Notes under the pieces: model-generated
Database searches by the model: none
The model's input: only the letters and a program-made list of their open reading frames with translations
What the model was told of the DNA's origin: nothing
Shown: positions 19,048-28,320 of the stretch, one piece after another
How positions within the stretch are numbered: position 1 is the first letter of the stretch
Layout: every line of letters begins with the position of its first letter
Source: Candidatus Woesearchaeota archaeon
GTDB taxonomy: Archaea > Nanobdellota > Nanobdellia > Pacearchaeales > GW2011-AR1
Assembly: GCA_964493885.1 (NCBI GenBank)
Contig: CAZBPV010000001.1
Span: 100,703-164,702 of the forward strand
Direction of reading: 5' to 3'
DNA: 64,000 nucleotides
Made by a program: the position numbers and the translations under genes

Positions 19048-19551
19048 ATGAATTTTCAATTCTATTTAGAGAAACTAATGGCCTCTGAAAGTTTTAAGAA
19101 TTTTATCACAGAGAATAAAGATGCTTTTCCTGTTTCTGGGTTTTTTGTTATTGACTTAGAAGGAAAAGATAACAAACAACATTTTGATTATTTTATTCCA
19201 TCGACAAATAAGATGTTTAGTTTTCAATTAGAAAGCAAATGTGATTTAGTGCCTATTGAAATAATAGGAGATAAGCCAGAAAAGATTTCAATGAATTATA
19301 ATTTTGATTTTAGTGATGTTAAAAAATTAATCCAGAAAGAAATGGCAACACGAGGCATAACTAACAAGATACAGAAAATGCTTTTTTCATTGCAGCATAA
19401 GGATTTAAAAGATTATCTTATCGGGACTATATTTATTTCTAATTTTGGGATGATTAAAGTTAATATTGACATAACTGACATGAAAGTCATACTTTTTGAA
19501 AAGAAAAGTTTTTTTGACATGCTTAAGATAGTGAAGAAAGGAGAAAAGTAA
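19048..19551 (+). CDS. Hypothetical protein; start moved to the ATG just after the thrS stop
   Basis: MNFQFYLEKLMASE... The track start at 19006 would overlap the thrS 3' end. Confidence 0.5.
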   Translation: MNFQFYLEKLMASESFKNFITENKDAFPVSGFFVIDLEGKDNKQHFDYFIPSTNKMFSFQLESKCDLVPIEIIGDKPEKISMNYNFDFSDVKKLIQKEMATRGITNKIQKMLFSLQHKDLKDYLIGTIFISNFGMIKVNIDITDMKVILFEKKSFFDMLKIVKKGEK

Positions 19552-19552
19552 A

Positions 19553-19744
19553 ATGGAAGATGAAAAAATAGACCCAACAATTGCAGAGACAATTGCACAG
19601 CTTGCAACAAACTACAAGCTTAGCCAGAAACCATCTGAGAAAGCAAAAATAGAGAAACAAGCAAGGGAATTTATTAAAGATATTTCAGTTGATGAGGCAG
19701 ATAAAGAAAAATGGACTGCAATGTATAATGAAATGAAGAGTTAA
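19553..19744 (+). CDS. Small hypothetical protein
   Basis: 63-aa ORF tightly following the previous gene. Weak pattern similarity to 20144..20362. Confidence 0.4.
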   Translation: MEDEKIDPTIAETIAQLATNYKLSQKPSEKAKIEKQAREFIKDISVDEADKEKWTAMYNEMKS

Positions 19745-19783
19745 TTATAATTATTCTTATAAACTTCGCATTTTTCTTTTTTT

Positions 19784-20107
19784 ATGGTTTTAAGATTAGA
19801 TTCTCAAACTTGGAAAGAACTCCAGAATCCTTATATTCTTCTTAGGCCTTTTAATTTTAAAAATGAAGATGGGGATATAACTTTGAATTCTGAAACTTTT
19901 GGAAGTGTAAGAGATTTTATTTATAATCCTATGAAACAGACAATTATTTTTAATGAAGGAGAAGAATCATGTTCTTATCAAGTTTATAGTGTTTCCAGAA
20001 ATGGGGAACAGATAATTAATTCAGATTTTTTAGGGTATGTTGGTGAGGATGTAGTAAGAAGCTTTTTCCCGCGGGCATATAAAGAAGCTCGAAGCCATGT
20101 TTCTTAG
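19784..20107 (+). CDS. Hypothetical protein
   Basis: ORF only. Confidence 0.4.
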   Translation: MVLRLDSQTWKELQNPYILLRPFNFKNEDGDITLNSETFGSVRDFIYNPMKQTIIFNEGEESCSYQVYSVSRNGEQIINSDFLGYVGEDVVRSFFPRAYKEARSHVS

Positions 20108-20143
20108 AGCAAGCTTTTTAAAATATCTAATATTTTAATTAGC

Positions 20144-20362
20144 ATGAACTTAACAGAACGAAGCGCGGTTTTAAATGCACTTGAAAGATTTGCAGGCAAT
20201 TATAGAATTGCTAATGGTGAACAAGAAATAGAGAAGGTTAATTATTGGGCTTATGGTTTTATAGATTCTATGACTTTAGACGAGACTGAAAGACAAGATT
20301 TTAGAGAAATTTATAAGGATAAGACAGGAATAAGAGATAGAGCTATTGCTTCTGTGCAATAA
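20144..20362 (+). CDS. Small hypothetical protein
   Basis: ORF only. Confidence 0.4.
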   Translation: MNLTERSAVLNALERFAGNYRIANGEQEIEKVNYWAYGFIDSMTLDETERQDFREIYKDKTGIRDRAIASVQ

Positions 20363-20364
20363 AA

Positions 20365-20616
20365 TTAATCATAAATATTTTTTCTATGTCCTATTTTAAG
20401 AATAAGGATTATTAATTCTTCATTAATTATTTTATAGATTATTCTGTAATCTCCTATTCTCAATTTCCACTGCCCTGCAAGATTTCCTATGAGAGGAATT
20501 CCTTCTTTTGGATTTTGTTTTAATTTTTCAATCTTTTTTCCGATTCTTTCCTGAAGATTTTTATCCAGTTTGTTAAAGAAATCTATTGGTTGTTTTTCAA
20601 AAATAATCTTATACAT
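20365..20616 (-). CDS. relE: RelE/ParE-superfamily toxin
   Basis: MYKIIFEKQPIDFFNKLDKNLQERIGKKIEKLKQNPKEG..L.G.L.G.WKLRIGDYRIIYKI..E.LIILILKIGHRKNIY is a typical RelE/StbE pattern. Confidence 0.85.
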   Translation of the reverse strand: MYKIIFEKQPIDFFNKLDKNLQERIGKKIEKLKQNPKEGIPLIGNLAGQWKLRIGDYRIIYKIINEELIILILKIGHRKNIYD

Positions 20617-20884
20617 TTAATTTGAGTTTCCTTTTTATCTCTTCAAAATCTGTGCCTTCGCCTCTGTTATATGCTTCTAACCCTTCTGCAATATCCCTCA
20701 TGGTTTCTGGGTCAGATAAAACTTCAATTGTTGCAATTAAACTTTCTCTGCTTGCAGTTTCCAGAGTGTTAATATTCCCATTAATTAATCTGGAGATTAT
20801 TTCATTATATGTTTCTCTTTGATGAACTTTTAGAGAATCCAGCTTTGCTTTTATGCCATTATCTAATTGTATTGTTGTTACCAT
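20609..20884 (-). CDS. Type II antitoxin with the same RHH-like N-terminus as 10059..10289 and a RelB/Phd-like C-terminus
   Basis: MVTTIQLDNGIKAKLDSLKVHQRETYNEIISRLI. It overlaps the relE start by 8 nt. Confidence 0.75.
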   Translation of the reverse strand: MVTTIQLDNGIKAKLDSLKVHQRETYNEIISRLINGNINTLETASRESLIATIEVLSDPETMRDIAEGLEAYNRGEGTDFEEIKRKLKLNV

Positions 20885-20889
20885 AGTAG

Positions 20890-20907
20890 ACTATAGTGTG
20901 CTATAGT
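20890..20907. promoter_or_regulatory. Candidate TA operator: ACTATAG-N4-CTATAGT immediately upstream of the antitoxin start
   Basis: Perfect 7-bp arms. It lies between a TATA-like box (plus 20907..20914, TTTAAATA on the minus strand) and the ATG at 20884. Confidence 0.55.
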
Positions 20908-20909
20908 AT

Positions 20910-21512
20910 TTAAACTTTTGTTTTTTCAACTATAAAATTAATCATCATCTCTGTATTATGGCCGGAGAGGATTTTGAATCCTGCTTTTTTAAATAAATCA
21001 TGAATTTCTTTTTCATCAAATAGATAATAGTATCTTTTTCCTTTAGTTGTCCAGGCAATTAATTTTTCTTTTGGAGAATTCTTAAATCTCTTGGATTTTA
21101 TATTCCAGACTCCTATTTCAGCTTTTGCTCCTGGCTTAAGAACCCGAAATAATTCTTTTACTACCTTTAATTGGTTTTTTTTAGAAATACAGTGAAGAGA
21201 GGAGATTGCAATAGCAGAGTTGAAGAAATTATTTTCATAAGGAAGTTTTGTTAAATCAGCAACTGCAAACTCTGCTGGAATTTTTAACTTTTTTGCTTTT
21301 TTCTTTGCTAGTGAAATCATTTCTTTTGAAAAATCAACTAAATACATTCTCCCGCTTTTGATTTTTGCAAGATGTCTCCCACTTCCACTTCCTAAGTCAA
21401 GAACATTTCCTTTTTGTTTTTTTAGGAATTTTATTGTATGCTCTGCTGGAATTTGTTTGTACTCGTGCCATTCAGGGGCTATTTTATCCCAGATTTCCTG
21501 CTGGTTTTCCAT
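20910..21512 (-). CDS. Class I SAM-dependent methyltransferase
   Basis: VLDLGSGSGRH (motif I) with a Rossmann-like layout. Confidence 0.75.
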   Translation of the reverse strand: MENQQEIWDKIAPEWHEYKQIPAEHTIKFLKKQKGNVLDLGSGSGRHLAKIKSGRMYLVDFSKEMISLAKKKAKKLKIPAEFAVADLTKLPYENNFFNSAIAISSLHCISKKNQLKVVKELFRVLKPGAKAEIGVWNIKSKRFKNSPKEKLIAWTTKGKRYYYLFDEKEIHDLFKKAGFKILSGHNTEMMINFIVEKTKV

Positions 21513-21554
21513 ACTATAGAAAGAATTATTAAGCTTAAAAAAACTGCTATTTAT

Positions 21555-22499
21555 ATGAAGAAGGTTGTTACAATTGGCGGAGGGACTGGACAGTATACTC
21601 TTCTTAGAGGGCTTAAAAAATATGATATTAAATTAAGTGCTATTGTTTCTATGATTGACAATGGGGGGAATACAGGGCAATTAAGAGTTGAATTTGGAAC
21701 TCTTCCTCCAGGAGATTTAAGAAATTGTCTTTTGGCACTAAGTGATGAAGCTGAATTAAAGGAGATAATGAGATTATTTGAGTATAGATTTTCAGGAAAA
21801 AATAATGGAAATCTTTTTAATTACAGCCTTGGAAATATGATTCTTACTGCTCTTACTGATATTGAGGGGGATATTGCAAAAGGTGTAAGGGCTTGTTCTA
21901 AAATACTTAGATTAAAGGGAGATATTTTTCCTGTATCTTTAGATAATTCTCATGTTTACGGAGAGACTCTTGATGGAAGGGATTTATTTGGGCAGGTAAA
22001 TGTAAGTTATCCTCAAAAAAATGAGAAGATAAAAAAAGTCTGGCTTGAACCTGATGCATTTATTTATAGTGATACAGCAAAAGCAATTAGAGAGGCAGAT
22101 TTAATTGTCTTATGCCCAGGAGATTTATATGGAAGTTTGATTCCTAATTTTTTAGTAAAAGGATTTAAAGAAGCATTGCAAGAATCTCATGCAAAAATTG
22201 TTTATGTATGCAATCTTGTAACAAAGCAAGGAAGTTACGAGTTTAAAGCAAGTGATTTTCTTGCAGAGGTTCAGAAATACTTAGGAAAAAATGTAGATTA
22301 TGTTATTTGCAACACAAAAAAACCAACTCAAAATATTGTTGATAAGTATCTTGAAGAAGATAGTTTTTTTGTTGACCCTGATTTAGAAGGAGATTCTATT
22401 ATTAAAGAAGATTTATTGCTTGAGCTTGAGATCAATAATAAAATAACTGCAAGGCATGATTCTGAGAAGATTACAAGAATTATAATGGGGCTGTTGTAA
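21555..22499 (+). CDS. YvcK/CofD-family protein (UPF0052; gluconeogenesis factor / 2-phospho-L-lactate transferase-like)
   Basis: VVTIGGGTGQYTLLRGLKKY and DNGGNTGQLR. The start is set at the internal ATG to avoid overlapping the divergent gene. Confidence 0.75.
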   Translation: MKKVVTIGGGTGQYTLLRGLKKYDIKLSAIVSMIDNGGNTGQLRVEFGTLPPGDLRNCLLALSDEAELKEIMRLFEYRFSGKNNGNLFNYSLGNMILTALTDIEGDIAKGVRACSKILRLKGDIFPVSLDNSHVYGETLDGRDLFGQVNVSYPQKNEKIKKVWLEPDAFIYSDTAKAIREADLIVLCPGDLYGSLIPNFLVKGFKEALQESHAKIVYVCNLVTKQGSYEFKASDFLAEVQKYLGKNVDYVICNTKKPTQNIVDKYLEEDSFFVDPDLEGDSIIKEDLLLELEINNKITARHDSEKITRIIMGLL

Positions 22500-22500
22500 A

Positions 22501-23871
22501 ATGCTTAAACCTAGCAAAGGGGAGATTAGAAAACCTACAAAGACTATTTCTGGGATTACTCCTGTAGCAGTTATGCTGCCTCCGAGAAAATGTGAGCATG
22601 GAGCGTGTGTGTATTGTCCTAATCTTAATGTACCTCAATCATACACTCCAAGAAGTCCGGTTGTTATGAGAGCAATGAGAGTAAATTACAATGCTTTTAA
22701 GCAGGTTAAGGCAAGGTTGGAGGCATTTAGTGTAATGAATCATCCTACTGACAAGATTGAATTAATAATAATGGGAGGAACTTTTTTGCAGTATTCTAAG
22801 GAATTTCAGTATAATTTTATTAAAGAGTGTTACGATGCTCTTAATAATAAAATTTCTAAAAATCTTGAAGATGCTAAAAAATTAAATGAAACTGCAAAAC
22901 ATAGATGTGTAGCATTATGCATTGAAACACGTCCAGATGCTTGCATAGAATTTATACCAAGATTACTTGAATTTGGATGCACAAGGATTGAATTAGGAGT
23001 TCAAATCATTGATGATAAGATTTATAAAATAATCAAAAGAGGACATAGTATTAAAGAGGTTGTTGAAACTACTAAGGCGCTGAAAGATGCTGGGTTTAAA
23101 ATAGGGTATCATATTATGCCTGGTTTGCCTGGAAGCAATCCTAAAAAAGATTTAAAATTATTTAAGAAATTATTCTCTGATTCTAGGTTTAAACCAGATC
23201 AATTAAAATTATATCCGTGCCAAGTAATGCCAGGAAGTGAGCTTGAAAATTGGTATTGGGGGAAGAAGTATCTTCCGTATTCAAAAGAACAAATTGAAAA
23301 AATACTTATTGAAATGCTTAAGGTAATTCCAAGATACTGTAGAGTTATGAGAGTTATGAGGGAGATTCCTCCAGAGTATATTGTTGCAGGAACAACAAGA
23401 ATTGATTTAAGAGCTGATATTGAAGCAGAATTAAGAAAAAAAGATTCTAAAATACATGAAATAAGATTTCGTGAAATAGGATTTGCATTGCGTGATAAAA
23501 GAGAAGTTAATTTAGATTTAAAATTAAAGATTACTCAGTATAAAGCATCAAAAGGAACAGAGTACTTTTTTGAGATTATTAATAAAGATGATGTGCTTTT
23601 TGGATTATTAAGATTAAGAATTAACAGAAATAATGCCATTATTCGTGAGCTTCATGTTTATGGACAGGCTCTTAAAATAGGACAGAGATTAAAGATTGCT
23701 TCTCAACATCAGGGATTAGGAAAATGGCTGATGCAAGAAGCTGAAAAAATTATAAAAAAGAAAAAGATTAAAAAATTAAGAATTATTTCTGGAGTTGGTG
23801 TTAGAGGGTATTATAAAAGATTAGGTTATAAATTTGAAGATAATTATATGGTGAAACAATGGAAAAAATAA
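22501..23871 (+). CDS. elp3: Elp3-family radical SAM/GNAT tRNA-modification enzyme
   Basis: Radical-SAM Cys cluster CEHGACVYCP, Elp3-type TIM-barrel region, and a C-terminal acetyltransferase motif HQGLGKWLMQEAEKI. Confidence 0.85.
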   Translation: MLKPSKGEIRKPTKTISGITPVAVMLPPRKCEHGACVYCPNLNVPQSYTPRSPVVMRAMRVNYNAFKQVKARLEAFSVMNHPTDKIELIIMGGTFLQYSKEFQYNFIKECYDALNNKISKNLEDAKKLNETAKHRCVALCIETRPDACIEFIPRLLEFGCTRIELGVQIIDDKIYKIIKRGHSIKEVVETTKALKDAGFKIGYHIMPGLPGSNPKKDLKLFKKLFSDSRFKPDQLKLYPCQVMPGSELENWYWGKKYLPYSKEQIEKILIEMLKVIPRYCRVMRVMREIPPEYIVAGTTRIDLRADIEAELRKKDSKIHEIRFREIGFALRDKREVNLDLKLKITQYKASKGTEYFFEIINKDDVLFGLLRLRINRNNAIIRELHVYGQALKIGQRLKIASQHQGLGKWLMQEAEKIIKKKKIKKLRIISGVGVRGYYKRLGYKFEDNYMVKQWKK

Positions 23872-24710
23872 TTATTAAAAATTCTCAAGAATTTGAAGAA
23901 AAGAAAAAAAGGATTGCTGAAGCTGGAGCAGGAAAATTGCATGTTATTTCTGATTTTGATAGAACAATCACTTATGGAACCACTCCTCAAGGGAAAAGAA
24001 CAGAAACAGTTATTTCTCAATTAAGAAGCAGTCCAAAATATCTTGGAGAGGCTTATTTTAAGAAAGCTCATGAACTTTGGAGTATTTATTATCCAATTGA
24101 AATTGATTCCAAAATTCCATTAGAAGAAAAAAAGCAAAAAATGTATGAATGGTGGAAAAAACACTTTGAATTGCTTATTCAATGCGGGCTTAGCAAAAAG
24201 ATAATAGAACAGGTAGTCAAGGAAAAAGATTTGAGATTTAGACAAGGAGCTTTGGATTTTATTAAAACTCTAGATAAATATGAAATACCTTTAATTTTTA
24301 TGTCTGCTGCTCCTGGTGATATGCTTGTTGAATACTTAAAAAAAGACAAACTTTTTACAGAAAATGTGCATGTTATATCAAATAGATATGAATTTGACAA
24401 GAATGGAAAAGCAATTAGAATTTTAGAGCCAATTATTCATGTTCTAAATAAAACTGAAACTTCTCTTAAGGATTTTCCTTTATATGAACAAATAAAAGAC
24501 AGAAAAAATATAATTTTATTAGGTGATGAAATAGGTGATATTGGAATGGCTGAAAGAAGTGATTATAATAATATTATTAAGATAGGATTTTTAAATGAAA
24601 ATGTTGAAGAAAGATTGGAATTATACAAAGATAATTTTGATGTTGTGGTTTTAGGAGATGGGGATATGAGTTTTGTGAATGATTTTGTAAAAGAGATAAA
24701 ATCAATTTAA
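23859..24710 (+). CDS. HAD-superfamily pyrimidine 5'-nucleotidase, eukaryotic cN-III/UMPH-1-like
   Basis: GAGKLHVISDFDRTIT (DxDxT), FMSAAPGDML and IILLGDEIGDIGMA are colinear with the NT5C3 family as I recall it. Confidence 0.65.
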   Translation: MEKIIIKNSQEFEEKKKRIAEAGAGKLHVISDFDRTITYGTTPQGKRTETVISQLRSSPKYLGEAYFKKAHELWSIYYPIEIDSKIPLEEKKQKMYEWWKKHFELLIQCGLSKKIIEQVVKEKDLRFRQGALDFIKTLDKYEIPLIFMSAAPGDMLVEYLKKDKLFTENVHVISNRYEFDKNGKAIRILEPIIHVLNKTETSLKDFPLYEQIKDRKNIILLGDEIGDIGMAERSDYNNIIKIGFLNENVEERLELYKDNFDVVVLGDGDMSFVNDFVKEIKSI

Positions 24711-25546
24711 ACCTTAATCTTGCCTTGTTGCCAGTCTTTTATTATTAACCTGGCTGTAGTGTCTTCATTTACTTTCCCGCCTCTTTTTAAGAATCCTTTT
24801 TTTCTTCCTAGCTCTTCTAATAATATTTCTGAGTCACCTTTTGCATCTATACCATAGTATTTTTCAAGAACTCCTTTAAAGTCATTCATTATTGTTGCAA
24901 TTATCATATCTGGCTCTTTGATTTGGCTATATGAACGCCCCCCGACTTTTGCGTGTTTTGCTATTTTTTCAGTTAAGGTTTGAGAGTATTCTTCTTCAGG
25001 AATAACTCCTGGAGAATCAACTAATTGTATATCAGAAGTTAAATTTATCTTTTGAATTCCTCTTGTAAACCCTGCATCTGCTCCTGTTCCTGCAGAGTGT
25101 TTTCCAACAAGCATATTAATCAAAGAACTTTTTCCTGTATTAGGATATCCAATAACTCCTATGCTTACTTTTCCCAGGTCCCTTATTGGCTTTTCTATTT
25201 TCTTAGCTTCTATTTTCATTCTGCTTCTAAGTTCTTTATTTCCTCTTTTTGTAGTAGCAGAAATAAGAACATAAGGATAAATTTCACTTAATTCTTCTTT
25301 TTTTATTTTTTTTATTAAATCTATTTTATTTAAAACATAAATTATTCTTTTTCCTGTTTTTTTTATATGCTCTTCAAGCTTTTTATTTCGTGTTTCTTCT
25401 ATGAATCTTGCGTCTAGAACTTCAAGTATTATGTCAGCATTGTCAATAACTTCTTTTGCAATTACTGGGTATGTCTTTCTTTGTTTACGAATGTTCTCAA
25501 GATGTCCTGTTCTTCTTGATGAAAAACTATACCTTACTCTTACCAT
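24707..25546 (-). CDS. Circularly permuted ribosome-biogenesis GTPase (YlqF/RbgA/Nug-like)
   Basis: Motif order is G4 (LNKIDL), then G1 (GYPNTGKSSLIN), then G3 (DSPGV). Confidence 0.8.
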   Translation of the reverse strand: MVRVRYSFSSRRTGHLENIRKQRKTYPVIAKEVIDNADIILEVLDARFIEETRNKKLEEHIKKTGKRIIYVLNKIDLIKKIKKEELSEIYPYVLISATTKRGNKELRSRMKIEAKKIEKPIRDLGKVSIGVIGYPNTGKSSLINMLVGKHSAGTGADAGFTRGIQKINLTSDIQLVDSPGVIPEEEYSQTLTEKIAKHAKVGGRSYSQIKEPDMIIATIMNDFKGVLEKYYGIDAKGDSEILLEELGRKKGFLKRGGKVNEDTTARLIIKDWQQGKIKV

Positions 25547-25586
25547 GATGCCCTTAAGAAATAGTAGTTAATAAGCTTATTCCAGA

Positions 25587-25829
25587 TTACTTAATTATCT
25601 TAACTTCCCCTAAAAGATGAAGGTTTTTTTTAACACTTTTAGAAAGTTCTTCAAACTCTTTGACATTAAGTTCTATTATTCCTGAAGTATTTTTTCCTCT
25701 GAAACATAATGCAATAGATTCATCACTATGATGCAAGAAATCTTCATTTATCCTAACTTCTTTTATTTCCCCAGAAGTTTCAAGTTTAACAACTCCATCA
25801 GAATTCATCTTTTTTATCCTAACTTTCAT
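25587..25829 (-). CDS. Hypothetical small protein
   Basis: ORF only. Confidence 0.4.
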   Translation of the reverse strand: MKVRIKKMNSDGVVKLETSGEIKEVRINEDFLHHSDESIALCFRGKNTSGIIELNVKEFEELSKSVKKNLHLLGEVKIIK

Positions 25830-25902
25830 GAGTAATTAAGTTGCTTTTATTATATAAGTATTTGTTCAATTTGAAATATACTTAGAAGTCTATTTTTAAT
25901 CT

Positions 25903-26553
25903 TCATTTTGCAATGCTTTCTCCTATATCCACTTTATCTCCTTCTTTAACTAAAAATTTTTGATGATGAGGAAAACAAAGAATCATGCTTGAGCCCAGAC
26001 TAAAATATCCGCATGGAACCCCTTTTTTGTAATTTTTTTGTTCTTCATAATCCATGCAAATTTTATTAACATTTAAAGAACCTATGGCTATCATTGCTAT
26101 TGGAAAACTTTTTGTTTGAAGTATTGAGCCTATTGATGCATTTATCTTTACTGCTTTATCTAAAAGTTCTATACCTAATAAATCTTCTAATCTAACACAT
26201 ATTGGTATCCAGGATTTACCTTCATTTTTTTGTGTATAAACAAATTTGCCATCACAAGGCATAACCCAAAAATGTTTATTTAATGGAGCTAAATAAAAAG
26301 TGATATAAGTTCCTCCAAAAAATTTGGCAGCAAAATGTCCAATAAGGGAATTAAGATTTATCTTTTTATTATTTTTTGAGATAATTGTCCCTTTTTCGTC
26401 TATTCTTCCGATATGAGCAACTTTAGCTTCAACAGGACTTATTATACTGGTTCCATCATCAATCTTAATTCTTTTATATTTATGAAAGTATTTATTTAAA
26501 CCAATTAAATCTAGCAGTTTTCCCATTAAAGAATCCTTAGTTGAGATTGTCAT
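25903..26553 (-). CDS. psd: Phosphatidylserine (archaetidylserine) decarboxylase-related proenzyme
   Basis: FSLGSSMILCFP matches the LGS(T/S) self-cleavage site region. The C-terminal GDKVDIGESIA is also typical. Confidence 0.65.
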   Translation of the reverse strand: MTISTKDSLMGKLLDLIGLNKYFHKYKRIKIDDGTSIISPVEAKVAHIGRIDEKGTIISKNNKKINLNSLIGHFAAKFFGGTYITFYLAPLNKHFWVMPCDGKFVYTQKNEGKSWIPICVRLEDLLGIELLDKAVKINASIGSILQTKSFPIAMIAIGSLNVNKICMDYEEQKNYKKGVPCGYFSLGSSMILCFPHHQKFLVKEGDKVDIGESIAK

Positions 26554-26559
26554 CTTAAT

Positions 26560-26859
26560 CTAAATTGCTTTAGATATATCCCCAGACATTTCCTTGAACT
26601 TAATCTTTTTTTCTTTTAAGGCAAACTCCATATTTGGGCCTAATCTTCCTGCATATACCAAGTCCACTTTTTTATCTGCAAGCATGTAAGCCACACTCCA
26701 TCCAGCTCCTCCGCTTCCAAGTGCAAAAGGATTTTTTATTGTTTCTATAAGCTTTTTATTTTCAAAAATCAAGTAATATGGAGCTCTTGCTCCTCTTAAG
26801 CTGATTTCTGAGTTCATATCTTTTCCTTCTGATGCTATTGCAATTCTTTGTTTTTTCAT
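26560..26859 (-). CDS. NifB/NifX-type (dinitrogenase FeMo-cofactor-binding-like) domain protein
   Basis: RIAIASEGKDMNSEISLRGARAPYYLIFE is a typical N-terminus for this small domain family. Confidence 0.6.
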   Translation of the reverse strand: MKKQRIAIASEGKDMNSEISLRGARAPYYLIFENKKLIETIKNPFALGSGGAGWSVAYMLADKKVDLVYAGRLGPNMEFALKEKKIKFKEMSGDISKAI

Positions 26860-27353
26860 TTTATTTCCATTACCTTATTAATTAAGATTCCTTGAATAAC
26901 AGACATTAGAATCATCACAAAACTTAAGACAATAACATATTTCCAGCTGAAATATAAAATGATAAGTGGAAGCAAGGGAATTTTTATTGCCCTGTTATAT
27001 AAAAAACATGCAATTAATCCATTGCTTAATCCTTTGTGTTTTAATTCAGCTAAAAGAGGATACCACATATAAATTGGGCCTGAAGACAAGATTCCTCCAA
27101 TTACTGCAAAAAACCATTTTTTAATTCCTCTTCCTTTTGTGTATTTTATAATTAATTCAGTTGTGATAAAATAATTAGACAAAATCATTAGTATAATAAC
27201 CATGATGAAAACAGGGATAATGCTCTGAAGGACATTTCCAAAAAAAGACATAGAAGAATCAAATATTTCTTCATTAAAATAAAACAGTAGAGCATAAATA
27301 AATAACATAATAATAAGAAAATATGTTGATGGAGTAATTTGAATTTTTCTCAT
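26856..27353 (-). CDS. Putative permease, C-terminal half of a split two-gene permease
   Basis: Polytopic membrane protein. It abuts 27354..27833 with no gap. Confidence 0.5.
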   Translation of the reverse strand: MRKIQITPSTYFLIIMLFIYALLFYFNEEIFDSSMSFFGNVLQSIIPVFIMVIILMILSNYFITTELIIKYTKGRGIKKWFFAVIGGILSSGPIYMWYPLLAELKHKGLSNGLIACFLYNRAIKIPLLPLIILYFSWKYVIVLSFVMILMSVIQGILINKVMEIK

Positions 27354-27833
27354 TTAAATCACCTCAAAAATAGCAACTGTTATTATTGCTACAATAATTG
27401 CAAATATAAAAGACAGAATATTCCTATAAAGAGCAAATCTTTTTCCAAGAATCATTGATTCAGCAGGCAGTTGTATAAATCCAACAGTTACCCAAGCAAC
27501 AATAAAAGCAGTAACAGCAATTAAATTAACTCCTTGTTTTAATAACTCCCCCCCAATAATGTAGCTTACAACTGGATTTCCTGCAGATATACTTCCAATA
27601 AAACTCCCAATAAATGGGTCAATAACTACATTGCCTTGGAATATTTTTAAATAAAAACTTTGAGGAATCCATGTTACAAGTAAACTTATAAGAAGAATTG
27701 TTCCGAATATTAATGGAAGTGCATTTCCAAATGTTTTTAATGCTTTTATTATTGCTTCTTTAAATGTTCTTTCTTGCATTTTAAATTTTATAAATTCTTT
27801 AGGATTTATGCTCTTGTCATTAGGGTGCTGCAT
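27354..27833 (-). CDS. Putative permease, N-terminal half of a split two-gene permease
   Basis: Polytopic membrane protein in an operon with the DUF134 gene. Confidence 0.5.
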   Translation of the reverse strand: MQHPNDKSINPKEFIKFKMQERTFKEAIIKALKTFGNALPLIFGTILLISLLVTWIPQSFYLKIFQGNVVIDPFIGSFIGSISAGNPVVSYIIGGELLKQGVNLIAVTAFIVAWVTVGFIQLPAESMILGKRFALYRNILSFIFAIIVAIITVAIFEVI

Positions 27834-28315
27834 TTAGGGCATTTCTTACTCATGCATGGTTGTCCTCTTACTTGCTGTTCTTCATAACCACATGTTGGGC
27901 ATTTGCAATTTCCTCCTGGACCTGCTGCAAAACCTCCCATTCTTCCTCCAGGGCCGATTCCTAATCCTCTTCCTTGTCCTTGTCCTAAGCCCCTTCCCAT
28001 TCCTAACCCTCTTCCTCTTGGTTGTGCCATTTTATATGTACCTCCTTGAATCTTTATTGCCTTTCCATTGATTATTGCGTCTGACAGCTTTTTTCTTGCG
28101 CTTTTCAATAATCTTGAAAGTGTTGGCTGGCTGATTTTCATTTGCTTTCCTGCTTTGCTCTGCTCTGTTTCTTCTAAGTCAACTAGTCTTATTGCTTCAA
28201 ATTCTTCAAGAGTTAGGATAGTTTCAGTTAAGTCTATCATTCTTACTCCAGCTGGCTTGAAGTAAGTGACTCCTGGCTGAAATCTGATTCTTCTGCAAAG
28301 TCTAGGGCGTGGCAT
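27806..28315 (-). CDS. DUF134/UPF0251-family DNA-binding protein with a Gly-rich linker and a C-terminal zinc ribbon
   Basis: MPRPRLCRRIRFQPGVTYFKPAGV...LTLEEFEAIRLVDLE...ISQPTLSRLLKSARKKL, then GRGLG repeats, then CKCPTCG...CPKC. Confidence 0.75.
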   Translation of the reverse strand: MPRPRLCRRIRFQPGVTYFKPAGVRMIDLTETILTLEEFEAIRLVDLEETEQSKAGKQMKISQPTLSRLLKSARKKLSDAIINGKAIKIQGGTYKMAQPRGRGLGMGRGLGQGQGRGLGIGPGGRMGGFAAGPGGNCKCPTCGYEEQQVRGQPCMSKKCPKCSTLMTRA

Positions 28316-28320
28316 GTTGA

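Noticed and set aside
19553-20362. Paralogy between the small proteins at 19553..19744 and 20144..20362
   Set aside because: There is only a loose pattern resemblance (A..LA.NY ... FI ... DE ... Y). This is too weak to assert without an alignment statistic.
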